From the NCBI RefSeq assembly GCF_004010195.1, contig NC_057718.1, positions 59,021,666 to 59,041,665 of the forward strand: DNA of 20,000 bases, written 5' to 3'. The position numbers and the translations under genes are program-made. The first letter of the stretch is position 1. Every line of letters starts with the position of its first letter. Of the stretch, positions 10,580 through 20,000 are shown one piece after another. The notes beneath the pieces were generated by a model. The model made no database searches. It was not told the origin of the DNA and saw only the letters and a program-made list of their open reading frames with translations. Source of the DNA: Chiloscyllium plagiosum (Eukaryota).

Positions 10580-11165
10580 ACCTGATAATGTGAGTAATGC
10601 ATGTTTAGAGGCACAAGTAAGGCTATAATACTAAATGAATGCTTTGTGTTTATTAAGGTACATGATTCTGATAAAATATTTGCAGAAGTAGAAATTGTAC
10701 AGGTCATGGATAGAATGAAAATTATGAAGCAGGATGTACTAAAAAGGCTGACTATTCTTGGGCTGGATATGTTGCTTCACCTGAATGGCTTGTAGCTTGG
10801 ACATTTTAGGGAAAGAGGGGCTGGGGGATTAAAAAAGAAAAACATTAACACAAAAACTTCAGTCACTGGACTCAAAATCTAATTCTGTCCTTCTCTCCAC
10901 AGATGTTGCCAGACTTGAGTTTCTCAAGCACTTTCTGCTTTTGTTTGAGATTTCCAGCATCGGCAGGCCTTTGTTTTATTTTATGGGGATAATCTTGTTA
11001 TAATCTTCTAATCTTCCCTAGAATCTTGTTCTCTACACTCATGTTTTGGCACAATCTGGAAAACTGCTGAGTTGGAAATATAACATCCTTATTAAACATA
11101 GGATGTAAGTAGAATGTTAGAGCTTAGGGACAGAGCGGGTCTATTGCTAAATTAAAAGCTCTTAA
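10580..11165 (+). mobile_element. Highly decayed CR1 ORF2 fragment (pre-RT region)
   Basis: ILNECFVF...QDVLKRL..L..D...P.GL-like residues in ORF 10601..10795. Interrupted by 10855-10982. Confidence 0.5.
10855..10982 (+). mobile_element. Penelope-like terminal-repeat fragment
   Basis: GTCACTGGACTCAAAA...TCTCTCCACAGATGTTGCCAGAC...GCACTTTCTGCTTTTG...GATTTCCAGCATC, same family as 2518-2585. Retains only the stem II/AAA half of a hammerhead. Confidence 0.65.
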
Positions 11166-12129
11166 AAGACAAATTCATTGTAAAGAATTTGGTGAAGGGC
11201 CATCACTGACAGGCAGTTACAAACTGAACATGACTGGAAGATAAATATTCCATTTATAAGGTCTTTATGAAAGATATGAAAATTGAAAATAGAGGATTAG
11301 CAACATTCATAAGAGACACTGTTAGAGCATTAGGAAGGTGCGCTCTGAATATCAAGCTTATAGGTCCTGTTTTAGAAAATACCTGTTAGTTTTAGAAATT
11401 AATGTTCTGCTTGTAGAGAATGATATTTGGTTAAAAAAACTGGTAAAAGCAATTGTGCAGTAAATGCAATGAAAACAAATTTGAAGTCTATTACACTTAA
11501 CCATTTGAAGCAATGTTTATATCAGAAACTAACAGTTTGAAAAGTAAGATTATAAAGCAGCAGGTAGGATAACTTAGCTAAAGAACTAGGAAACGTGATA
11601 TCAACAATTCTTGCAGTAAGGACAGTCTGGAGAAATGTTATTGTATTCGAGCTAAATTAGTTTAAAAGTATTCAATAAATCTTGAAGGGTTTGTAAAATC
11701 TATTTATTATTTCATCAAAAAAGAAGACATTTTAAATGATAGATACTTAAACTTTGTTTCAGAGTTCGTTCAACTTCTATGTTGTCATGACACTGGGTGA
11801 AATTTAAGTTCTCTGGTTTCAGTTTGTTCAATGTCTGGTGAGTTGAGTTAATTGCAGCTAGCACCTAGTGTGCAGTTTGTAACACACTGATAGAAAATAG
11901 CCAATGAAAATGACTGTGTTCGGCCTGAATTGTAAACAAAGAAAAAAGTAACTTTATTTGCGCCCTGGACTGTGTATAGGGCTTCATTCCAGTGTAAATA
12001 TCATAAGGACGAAGGAGCAAGAAGATTGCCTTGTTTGAACCTAGCAAAAAAATCTATAGTGGTCCTCTGAGTATGGTGCCAAAAGAAAACATCCAGCAGA
12101 TTAGCTTGGAAAAACAGGGGACTGAGGCA

Positions 12130-12447
12130 TTCACAGTCAAGAGGTAATAATTGAAAATTTTACTTCCTGAGAATAATGCTTTGGGTTCAAATCCCACCAT
12201 ATCAGCTGCTGATATCAATTAATCAATGAATCTGAAAATGAACCATTGACTGAAACTATTGTTGAATGTTGTAATACCCCATTGTGTTTACTAATGTGTT
12301 TTAAGGAAGAGAATCTGCCATCATAATCTGGTCTGATTTATGTGTCTCTGGATTTACAACAATAATGGTTGACTTTTCATTAGCCTCTGAAGTGAACTAG
12401 CAGGCCACTCAGTTCAAAGGTAATTAGAGATGGGCATTAAAGATGGT
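12130..12447 (+). mobile_element. tRNA-derived SINE whose 3' tail is split by the Penelope insertion (resumes ~13530-13548)
   Basis: B-box GGTTCAAATCC at 12184-12194, body ...AATCTGCCATC...GGTTGACT...GCCACTCAGTTCAAAGG, and a tail similar to the LINE end at 1595-1622. Confidence 0.75.
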
Positions 12448-13519
12448 TTAGGGTGTAGGTTTGCTCGCTGAGCTGTAAGTTTGATATCCAGACATTTCAT
12501 TACCTGGCTAGGTAACATCATCAGTGGTGACCTCCAAGTGAAGCGAAGCTGTTGTCCCCTGCTTTCTATTTATATGTTTGTCCTGGGGTTTGTGGTGATG
12601 TCATTTCCTGTTCAGTATCTAGATCTATGTGTTTGTTTATGGCGTTGTGGTTGGAGTGCCAGGCCTCTCGGAATTCTCTGGCATGTCTTTGCTTAGACTG
12701 TCCCAGGATCGATGTGTTGTCCCAGTCGAAATGGTGGTTTTTTTCTTCTATGTGTAGGGCTACGAGGGAGAAAGGGTTGTGTCTTTTTGTGGCTAGCTGG
12801 TGTTCAGGTATCCTGGTGGCTAACGTTCTTCCTGTTTGTCCTACATAGTGTTTGTGGCAGTTCTTGCATGCAATTTTGTAGATGACGTTGGTTTTGTCCA
12901 TGGGTTGTGCTGGGTCTTTTAAGTTTGTTAGTTTTTGTTTGAGAGTGTTGGTGGGTTTGTGTGCTACTAGGATTCCGAGGGGTCTTAGTAGTCTGGCTGT
13001 CATTTCTGAAACTTCTTTGATGTGTGGTAAGGTGGTTAGGGTTTCTGGCTGTGTTTGGTCTGCTTGTCGTGGTTTGTTCTTGAGGAATCTGTGGACTGTA
13101 TTTTTTGAGTATCCGTTCATCTTGAATACGTTGTATAGGTGGTTCTCCTCTGTTTTCCGAAGTTCGTCTGTGCTGCAGTGTGAGGTGGCTCATTAGGATA
13201 TGTTCTGATACAGCTTCGTTTGTGTGTATTGGGATGGTTGCTGGTGTAGTTAAGTATTTGGAAAGTGTTTGTCAGTTTTCTGTATACGCAGCTTTGTAGT
13301 TCTCTGTTGTCCGTTCTTTCGACTGTGATGTCCAGGAATGCGAGTTTGTTGTTCATTTCTTCCTCTTTGGTGAACTTTATGTCTGTTGATGATGTTAAAT
13401 GTCTCTTCTATCTTGTTTCGTTTTGTGATGACAAAGGTGTCATCTACGTAGCGGACCCAGATTTTTGGCTTGATGGTTGGTAGGGCTGTTTGTTCTAGTC
13501 TTTGCATTACCGCTTCTGC
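12448..13519 (-). mobile_element. 5'-truncated Penelope-like retroelement (Penelope/Poseidon type): RT C-half + GIY-YIG endonuclease + terminal repeat, frameshifted
   Basis: WVRYVDDTFVI (RT catalytic YVDD), LAFLDITV, VYRK.T...LNYTSNHP, then NVIYKIACKNCHKHYVGQTGR (GIY-YIG with C-x2-C) and later His residues. 10-bp TSD TAAAGATGGT at 12438-12447 and 13520-13529. Confidence 0.95.
12488..12527 (-). ncRNA. Minimal type-I hammerhead ribozyme motif in the Penelope terminal repeat
   Basis: Minus strand reads CCA-CTGATGA-T-GTTACCT agcc AGGTAAT-GAAA-T-GTC-TGG: both core boxes, 7-bp stem II, GUC cleavage triplet and stem I CCA/TGG. Confidence 0.8.
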
Positions 13520-13559
13520 TAAAGATGGTCTTGTAAGCAACAGCATCGGGGTTGGGTCC

Positions 13560-14600
13560 CAAGAAAAGAATAGAAGAACATTGATCAATGAGGAAAATAA
13601 TACATGGTATAAAACTGGAAGGGTTTATAAAAAGACAAAGGACAGTGGAACAGCTTCTTGCATTTTGCAAAATGTATAAATAACTGCCAAAGGATATAAG
13701 GAAAATTGTAATAACTACAAAAAGAAATTATACAAAAAAAGCTTGCAAGGAATGTTGATAATAACCCTAAAGGGTTTTACAAATATCTTAAGAGTGTTTA
13801 ACAATATTCTGAGCTACTAAATAACTCATGCAGGTATTACTATAATTGGAAAACAGGAAATGATAGACACGCTAGATCGCTACTTTAAATAAGTCATCAC
13901 AGTAGAGAATGCAGATAGAAACCAGACCTACAAGGGGAGGTAAAAATAAATCAAATGAAGTGAGTAGTTAGTTTTAATATAAAGAAATGAAAATGCTGGA
14001 GAATCTGTTGAGATCAAGGTAGACCAGTCTCGATAGTTTCCATCCCAAATTATTAAAAGGAGTAGGTGAGACCATTGTTCATTTGTCCAAAACTCTTTGA
14101 TGCAAAAATTGCCCCTTGGATTGATAAATTACCAATTTCACTCATTAGTGAAGAAGGTTAGGAAGGATAAATTAGGAAACCAAGGCTTGTTATTTAACAT
14201 CAGTTATGTGCAAGTTACTCAAAACCTTTGTCTTTTATCTTGAGTACTGATGAACAGTTTGGTATTTTTACCTTGTTCAGGCCTCTAGAGCAGGTCAGAT
14301 TTGAACCTGATCCTGCTGGGCAGGTTATTAGAATCTGTTATTAAAGAGAATGGACTGAGCATTTGAACAAATATGAGCTGATCAGACAGAACCAGCATGA
14401 ATTTGTAAATGGCAAGTCATGTTTAATAAAGTTAGCTGATTTTTTTTAAGGCAGTAATGAATGTAGGCAAGGGAAAATCAATAATTAACACTTCACTGTA
14501 AACCAATGGGACTTAACAAAGTTCTGCAGAGGACACTGAAGGAAAATAAGAAAGGGAATTAGAGATTGCTTATCAGCTTGGATAGGGAAATGTTTGAGAT
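13560..14600 (+). mobile_element. Decayed CR1 ORF2 remnant (linker to RT start)
   Basis: NPKGFYKY (~13762), DSFHPKLLK (~14032) and NQHEFVNGKSCLIKLADFF (~14390). Confidence 0.7.
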
Positions 14601-14603
14601 AGC

Positions 14604-15209
14604 GGGCAGAATTTTACAGGCCCCAGGTTGGTAGAAGGAGAGAATGATTGAAATATTGTGGAGCCGCATTGTGACTGCTTTTGAATGTAATCCTCCTGTC
14701 AGGCACTTGCAGAGCAATGGAACTAGATGAGGAATGGCTGCCCACTCCAGGGATATTGCAAGGGTAACTTATTTACATTCTTAAACGTTTATTATGATGG
14801 TTGTTTTGAGCCACCGGTGTCTTGTCAATAATGGGTTGCAGCCTGTTGGGAGGCCTCCAGATTATTGGAAGTGGTCTCCCCATGACAAACAGGCGCAAAT
14901 AGGGGGTCACAAGCAGGGAAGGTGGTTTCCATGGACCTAACAATTTAACTGGAGGGATTTCCCTCTGATGCTCAGACCCCTGATTTTTTTTTTCAATATT
15001 TTTATTCACTTAACTTTTAGAGGCTAACTGTCTCCTAGTGGTGCTACTGAGATTTCAGAATTGATAGCTCACAGAGTGGACAATGGGCCCACAGATAGTT
15101 GATTAAGAGGCTGCTTCTGACTAAACTGCTGAACTGGCACTGTTGGCAAGTGCAGGTTCCTTCTTTTGTTCAACATTGAAGTCCTGAAGCTCAAGGTAGA
15201 ATTCAGCTT
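14604..15209. mobile_element. Possible old non-autonomous DNA transposon (imperfect TIRs)
   Basis: GGGCAGAATTTTAC at 14604 versus GTAGAATTCAGCTT at ~15196-15209 (10/14 complementary). Interrupts the CR1 remnant and has no coding capacity. Confidence 0.3.
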
Positions 15210-15493
15210 CCAGAACAGGGAGAAAGACCTTGTACTCTGATTAGAACAGACAGTTCCTTAGAGAGCTATTGTATGAAATAGAGAAGGGTGACCATGCATG
15301 CAAAGTCAAAGTGCAGAACCCAACCAACACAAGTTGGCTCATCATATATCAATTTTTCACAAACAGATTCTGATGTTCCTGCAATGAACCAGATACCATT
15401 TAATATGTACCAGACTAGTGAGTTTTAAGAAGATTTGCAGCTCAGGTTGCGGTTTTGGATGCAAGTTTGCTCACTGAGTTGGGAGGTTCATTT

Positions 15494-15532
15494 CCAGACA
15501 ATTCGTCACCCAGTAGGTAACATCTTCAGTGG
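15494..15532 (-). ncRNA. Degenerate hammerhead motif (left arm)
   Basis: Minus strand CCA-CTGAAGA-T-GTTACC tactg GGTGAC-GAAT-T-GTC-TGG, with GAAA mutated to GAAT. Confidence 0.6.
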
Positions 15533-16560
15533 GCCTCAGGTGAAGCAGTGTACATGATTCCTGCTTTCTATTTATATGTTTGGGTTTCTTTGTCATTTCC
15601 TGTGGTGATGTCAATTTCCTGTGATGAAGTCATTTCTGGTTCTTTTTCTCAGGGAGTGGTAGATGGGGTCTAACTCGATGTGTTTGTTGATCGAGTTCTG
15701 GTTGGAATGTCATGCTTCTAGGAATTCTCATGTGTGTCTCTGTTTGGCTTGTCCTAATCTGGATATGTATCCCAGTCAAAGTGGTGTCCTTTCTTATCTG
15801 TATGTAAGGATAATAGTGAGAGGGTCATATTGTTTTGTGGCTAGTTGGTGTTCATGTATCCTGGTGGCTAGTTTTCTGCCTGTTTGTCCAATGTAGAGTT
15901 CTTGCACGGTATTTTGCAGTGACATTAGTTTTGCTTGTTGTCTGTATAGGGTCTTTTATTTTCAAAAAGAATGGGTACCCAATGAACACAGTCCACCAAT
16001 TTCTCAGCAACAAACCCAAACAAGCAGACAAAACATGTCCAGAAAGCCTAGCCACTCTCCCCTACATTAAAGACATCTCGAAAATGACTGCCAGACTATT
16101 CAGACCCCTTGGCATCATGGTAGCCCCAAACTCACCAACACACTAAAACAGCAGCTAATGAACTTGAAAGACCCGATACAGACAACAAGCAAAACTAATG
16201 TCATTTACAAAATACTGTGCAAGATCTGTAACAAACACTACATTGGACAAATAGGCAGAAAACTAGCCACCAGGATACTGAACACTAACTAGCCACAAAA
16301 TGACATGACCCTTACTTACAGATAAGGAAGGACACCACTTCAACTGGGACACATATCCATCTTAGGACAAGCTAAACAGAGACACGCATGAGAATTCCTA
16401 GAAGCATGGCATTCCAATTGGAACTCTATTAACAAATACATCGAGTTAGACCCCATCTACCACCCCCTGAGAAAAAGAACAGGAAATGACATCATCAACC
16501 CAAAGAAACCCAAACATATAAATAGAAAGCAGCAATCATTTACACTGCTTCACCTGAGGC

Positions 16561-16599
16561 CCACTGAATATGTTACCTAATAGGTCACAGAACGTCTGG
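16561..16599 (+). ncRNA. Degenerate hammerhead motif (right arm)
   Basis: CCA-CTGAATA-T-GTTACCT aat AGGTCAC-AGAA-C-GTC-TGG. Core substitutions, but ACGT stem III and stem I are retained. Confidence 0.55.
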
Positions 16600-18649
16600 A
16601 AATGAACTCCCCAGCTCAGCAAGCAAATCTATATCCATGTACCAGATTATTCAGGATCTCCAATTTGTCCTTTTAAAAACTGCCCAACCCCACAGCCAAT
16701 TAACAAACTCCTAAAGGACTTTATTAGTTGTTTAGTGGAGGCTAAAGGACTTTCTGTTCCCTTCCAACCATGAATTTCAAACTGGCACAGAAGCTTTGGG
16801 ATCCTGAAACAGTCCTCAGAACTGTGTTCCAATTTCTGGTTATGCAGCCTACAAGTTTATAAAATGTTTGAAAGCTGGTTTCATGAGATACCTTAAAGTA
16901 GAACTTGCAATGCAAAATACAGAGTTTGTCATCATTTGTTTACTTCTACAACAGTGAGTTTTAAGGAAGTTAAAGTTTAAAAACAGGTTGAGATTTACCA
17001 AATTTGAGAGAGGTCTGAAGCTTTTCATTCTCCCTTTGTCTCCAGGCTCCTGCATGAAAGAATGTTCAGAGTGGCTCTCTTAAAATGGGTCAAGGACTTT
17101 TGAGGGTGAATTTTAAACATAGCTAGACAATAGGAGGGAGGTGGCCAAAATGCACTTGCTGCTTAACATTTAACCTCATTTAGAAGTTGCTGTCTTGATG
17201 GAGCTTACCAGAATTGGAAAAGTAGAAAATCATGCAGCTGTCATGTTGAGTCAGCAAACAATTGGAACCTCAGAGGCTCAAGATGGGATGATCTCATATC
17301 AATCTTGAGTGGGCTGGTAGCGAACTGGAATGTTTCTATGGGTGTTGAAGAAATACTCCTTTTCCTCCTGGCTCCGTCAACAAGAATTTAATTGGGTAAT
17401 TTCTAGATTCCCTTTAACCATCACTTGTTAGGCTGCTCCATACCTACTACTAGAAATAGTAGTATGTGTCTCACAAAATCGTTTTAATTGTATCTCAATA
17501 TTGCTGTGGATGTCCTGTAAATCTTATTGGACTTTAATTTGCATATTATATGGTCTCTAGACAGAAAAAGGACGGCACTCCAACTGCACATTGCAGGGAT
17601 TTAAACAAGGTGGTGATTGTGGGAAGCCTGAGAAAAATATGAAAGAAAGTGGAGGCCTCAAAGTTACTCTTCTGGAAGGATGGAAGTTTTGGAAAAATGA
17701 TCATCTAATCTGTATTTATTTCCTTCTCTCATTGTAGAGGAGGCTGTACAATGATCTTGCAATAGAATGAAATGGATATGATTTGCCCTATACTTTAGAT
17801 GCTAAAGAGACTTTAAATGACCTATGGTGGTATTTGTAAGAAGAACAGGTGGTTGGGTACATGCTTAGTGAAAGATTCCTGCTTGATAAAGAGGTTGAAG
17901 GTTGTTCGAGGAACAACTGGCCACAGGATCATTAAGTGATTGTTTGGCAGGGCTAAGGAAAATAAATATCGACTTGTTGCTTCCCATATTTCTAGGATCC
18001 TTATGTAATTCTCATCAACACCACCCATCCCCCCCACAACTTAACTCTTTCACTCTATCATGCATGTTACTATTTCCCCATTTCCAGATTCATCAAAGTT
18101 CTTTGAGCTCTTCGTGATACATGTACTTCAAATGTTTACAATTTTTATTTACTGTCTGTCATTATTGACAGCCATAGGCATAATAGGATCTAACTATTTT
18201 GTATAGATTTACCAAATTGTCTTGATGTTAGTACTTTTATGCTTCAGTTTATAAAATCCATTTGAAATTCAGATTTCAGTATAATACACTTCACAACTGC
18301 AGCTCTGTCAGACAATTGAATGTAAGTTGGTCATTCATTCTATGCAACCAGTTCTTCTTTAAACCCGGAATACCTGGACAGCAACATTTGCAAGCACTGA
18401 AAATAAAAATCCCATGTACAAATGAAAAGATCATGAACTAACATTAAAATATTCCATTGGTGCATCGTACCTGGTTTCATTTTAATGTTTAAAAATGATT
18501 AAACATTGCAGTAAATTCATAGCAATCAATTCACCTTTTATTTTTATCCATACATGTAGGATTTGTTAACAGAAAAATTACTGAGTGACCAATGTTTCAA
18601 TTTTAAATTGATATTGACCACATTGACAAATGCCTACTATGAATTAAAT

Positions 18650-18770
18650 AATAAGAGAAGTACTGCAGAATCTGAAAGTATGAAATATGAACAGAACATT
18701 CTGAAACTACTCAAGCAGCATGTTTGGAGACAGTAACAGAATCAATGCTTCAGGTCCACAATCTTCATTT
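18650..18770 (-). mobile_element. Decayed Penelope-like terminal-repeat fragment
   Basis: Reverse complement resembles 10855-10982 (GGACCTGAAGCATTGATTCTG...TCTCCAAACATGCTGC...TTCAGATTCTGCAGTAC). Confidence 0.5.
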
Positions 18771-18771
18771 A

Positions 18772-19320
18772 TGTGTTGGGTCACAGAGTGTATCCAAGTG
18801 GTTCTTTTCGGATTCAGTTAAATGTAGTTAAGAGAAGGCTCCACAACAGCAATTGCTTAAATGTGAACATTTATTGAATAATAACACAATACAAGAAAAG
18901 AAAGGAACATTTATTGAGTAATAATCTCAGATGAAAAAGGACGGAAAACAAAACAATATGCCTCACGCCTTTCTGTCCATCGGGGACCCCTCAATCGATG
19001 GCTGGTCTGGAGGCTTAGGTTGTTCCTGGCACCGTTCACGATCCCAGTCCGAGTTTAAGTCCATGAAACTCTCTCTTATACAGTGTACCAAACAGCAAGA
19101 CACAGAAAAATAATTACTGAAAAATACGTTGGTTGTGCCGTCTTTGGCACATACAGGAATGTTCACAGGACTCAGTCAAGGTCAAGCAGCTTTCGAATAT
19201 CATCAACAGATTTAGCCCTTCAGCACATCCTGTACAGTCCATCCCTGATGATATCTGACAGTGCACGTCAAAATTGCAGATGCAAATGAGCGACAGCTGC
19301 TTGAGAACGTATAATCTATA
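18772..19320 (-). mobile_element. Putative LTR-like sequence (unassigned), truncated on the right by a CR1 5' end
   Basis: Minus-strand order is TATAAGAG (19080-19073), AATAAA (18915-18910 and 18875-18870), then terminal ...CCCAACACA at 18772. Elevated CpG. No second LTR, PBS or PPT is visible. Confidence 0.4.
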
Positions 19321-19329
19321 CTAAAAGAT

Positions 19330-20000
19330 TAAAACTACAATTAAAAAAAGTCAAAACAACAGCAGTTTTAAAAAGGAGAAGAACAGACAAAGGAAGCACA
19401 TGGTGAGGACAGTGCAGGGGAGAGCGAGAGAGAGAACCTGCACAGTTAATACCTTTGCTGTTTTGAATTCAGTATCGCTGGACATCGGAGTGCACCTGGG
19501 AAAATTAACAAACAGTGAAATTCACAATTAATCTTGGAGGAACCTGTTTGGGCCAACTTCACAGCACAGAATCAGATAAGTTAATTGTTGTTTTAAGTGT
19601 GTCCAATAGAAAAGCTACAGTAGTGAGTAGAGTGGGTTCTTTCTTGATTATATGTTTTTGGAGATATGTCTCTTGATTAAACTTAAAATATAAGCCATAA
19701 CTATTAATTTAAGCTGGGGCACTGTTTCGTAGAGGAATGTGATGGTGTTATTTTCTGGGTCTGTAGATTGTTAAGGAGCAAAAATGGCCTTTAGTACAGT
19801 GATATATACTTCTTGTCAGATGTGGGAGTTTTCAGAGAGTTTAAGGGTTAGTGCTGATTATGTCTGCCATAAATGCTGTTGGATGCGAATTTTATCAGAT
19901 CGAATGGATCGGTTGGAGAGACAGTTAGAAGCAATGAGGAATTTGCAACAGCAACAGTATGTGATGGATGGCAGTTATAGGAAGGGGGGAAAGTCTCAGA
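19330..20000 (+). mobile_element. 5' end (5' UTR + ORF1 start) of a possibly full-length CR1 LINE
   Basis: ~450-nt non-coding leader followed by an uninterrupted CR1 ORF1 start. Left boundary is approximate. Confidence 0.75.
19784..20000 (+). CDS. CR1 ORF1p N-terminus (Zn-finger/coiled coil), open to window end
   Basis: Manual translation MAFSTVIYTSCQMWEFSESLRVSADYVCHKCCWMRILSDRMDRLERQLEAMRNLQQQQYVMDGSYRKGGKSQ. Matches the C-x2-C-x2-WE...C-x2-C + heptad pattern, with the first Cys replaced by Tyr. Confidence 0.8.
   Translation, partial: MAFSTVIYTSCQMWEFSESLRVSADYVCHKCCWMRILSDRMDRLERQLEAMRNLQQQQYVMDGSYRKGGKSQ

Larger units (their letters stand above)
15418..16636 (+). mobile_element. Penelope-like element, 5'-truncated with inverted copy of its 3' end
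   Basis: 15957-16636 on the plus strand encodes FKKNGYPMNTVHQFL...ATLPYIKDISKMTARLFRPLGI and VIYKILCKICNKHYIGQ (GIY-YIG). 15457-15956 is the reverse complement of 16167-16636. TSD ATGTACCAGA(C/T)TA at 15405-15417 and 16637-16649. Confidence 0.93.

Noticed and set aside
17715..17830. Strong splice-acceptor-like tract ending TTGTAG at 17737
   Set aside because: All three frames stop within about 11 codons and no recognisable product or donor follows.
18350..18410. Minus-strand acceptor ATTTTTATTTTCAG with possible micro or terminal exon
   Set aside because: Too short to assign, with no supporting neighbouring exon.
19172..19315. Selenoprotein reading of the in-frame TGA codons (C-U motif)
   Set aside because: No convincing SECIS downstream and no resemblance to a selenoprotein I recognise. 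The equal 16-codon stop spacing looks coincidental.

Overview
Eukaryotic, repeat-dense vertebrate DNA, most likely an elasmobranch (shark), inferred from an HE1-type V-SINE and shark-style CR1 and Penelope families. No host protein-coding exon can be supported. The window is a nested mosaic of about ten decayed CR1 LINE pieces (ORF1 Zn-finger/SGNH esterase, ORF2 APE endonuclease/RT, 3' tails), tRNA-derived SINEs, several Penelope-like elements (PLEs) and a 554-N assembly gap. The most informative hidden structure is RNA-level. At least five minimal type-I hammerhead ribozyme motifs sit in PLE terminal repeats. Two of them lie in a ~220-bp non-coding palindromic element (92-bp arms, one-sided tail, TSD). 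Two more lie in a 1.2-kb Penelope copy with ~500-bp inverted arms, a 39-nt one-sided tail and a 13-bp TSD. An unassigned CpG-retaining segment at 18772-19320 has a minus-strand LTR-like layout (TATA, long R, AATAAA, terminal CA) with a disrupted ORF upstream, and may be a complex-retrovirus LTR. Boundaries of degraded repeats are approximate and read by eye.
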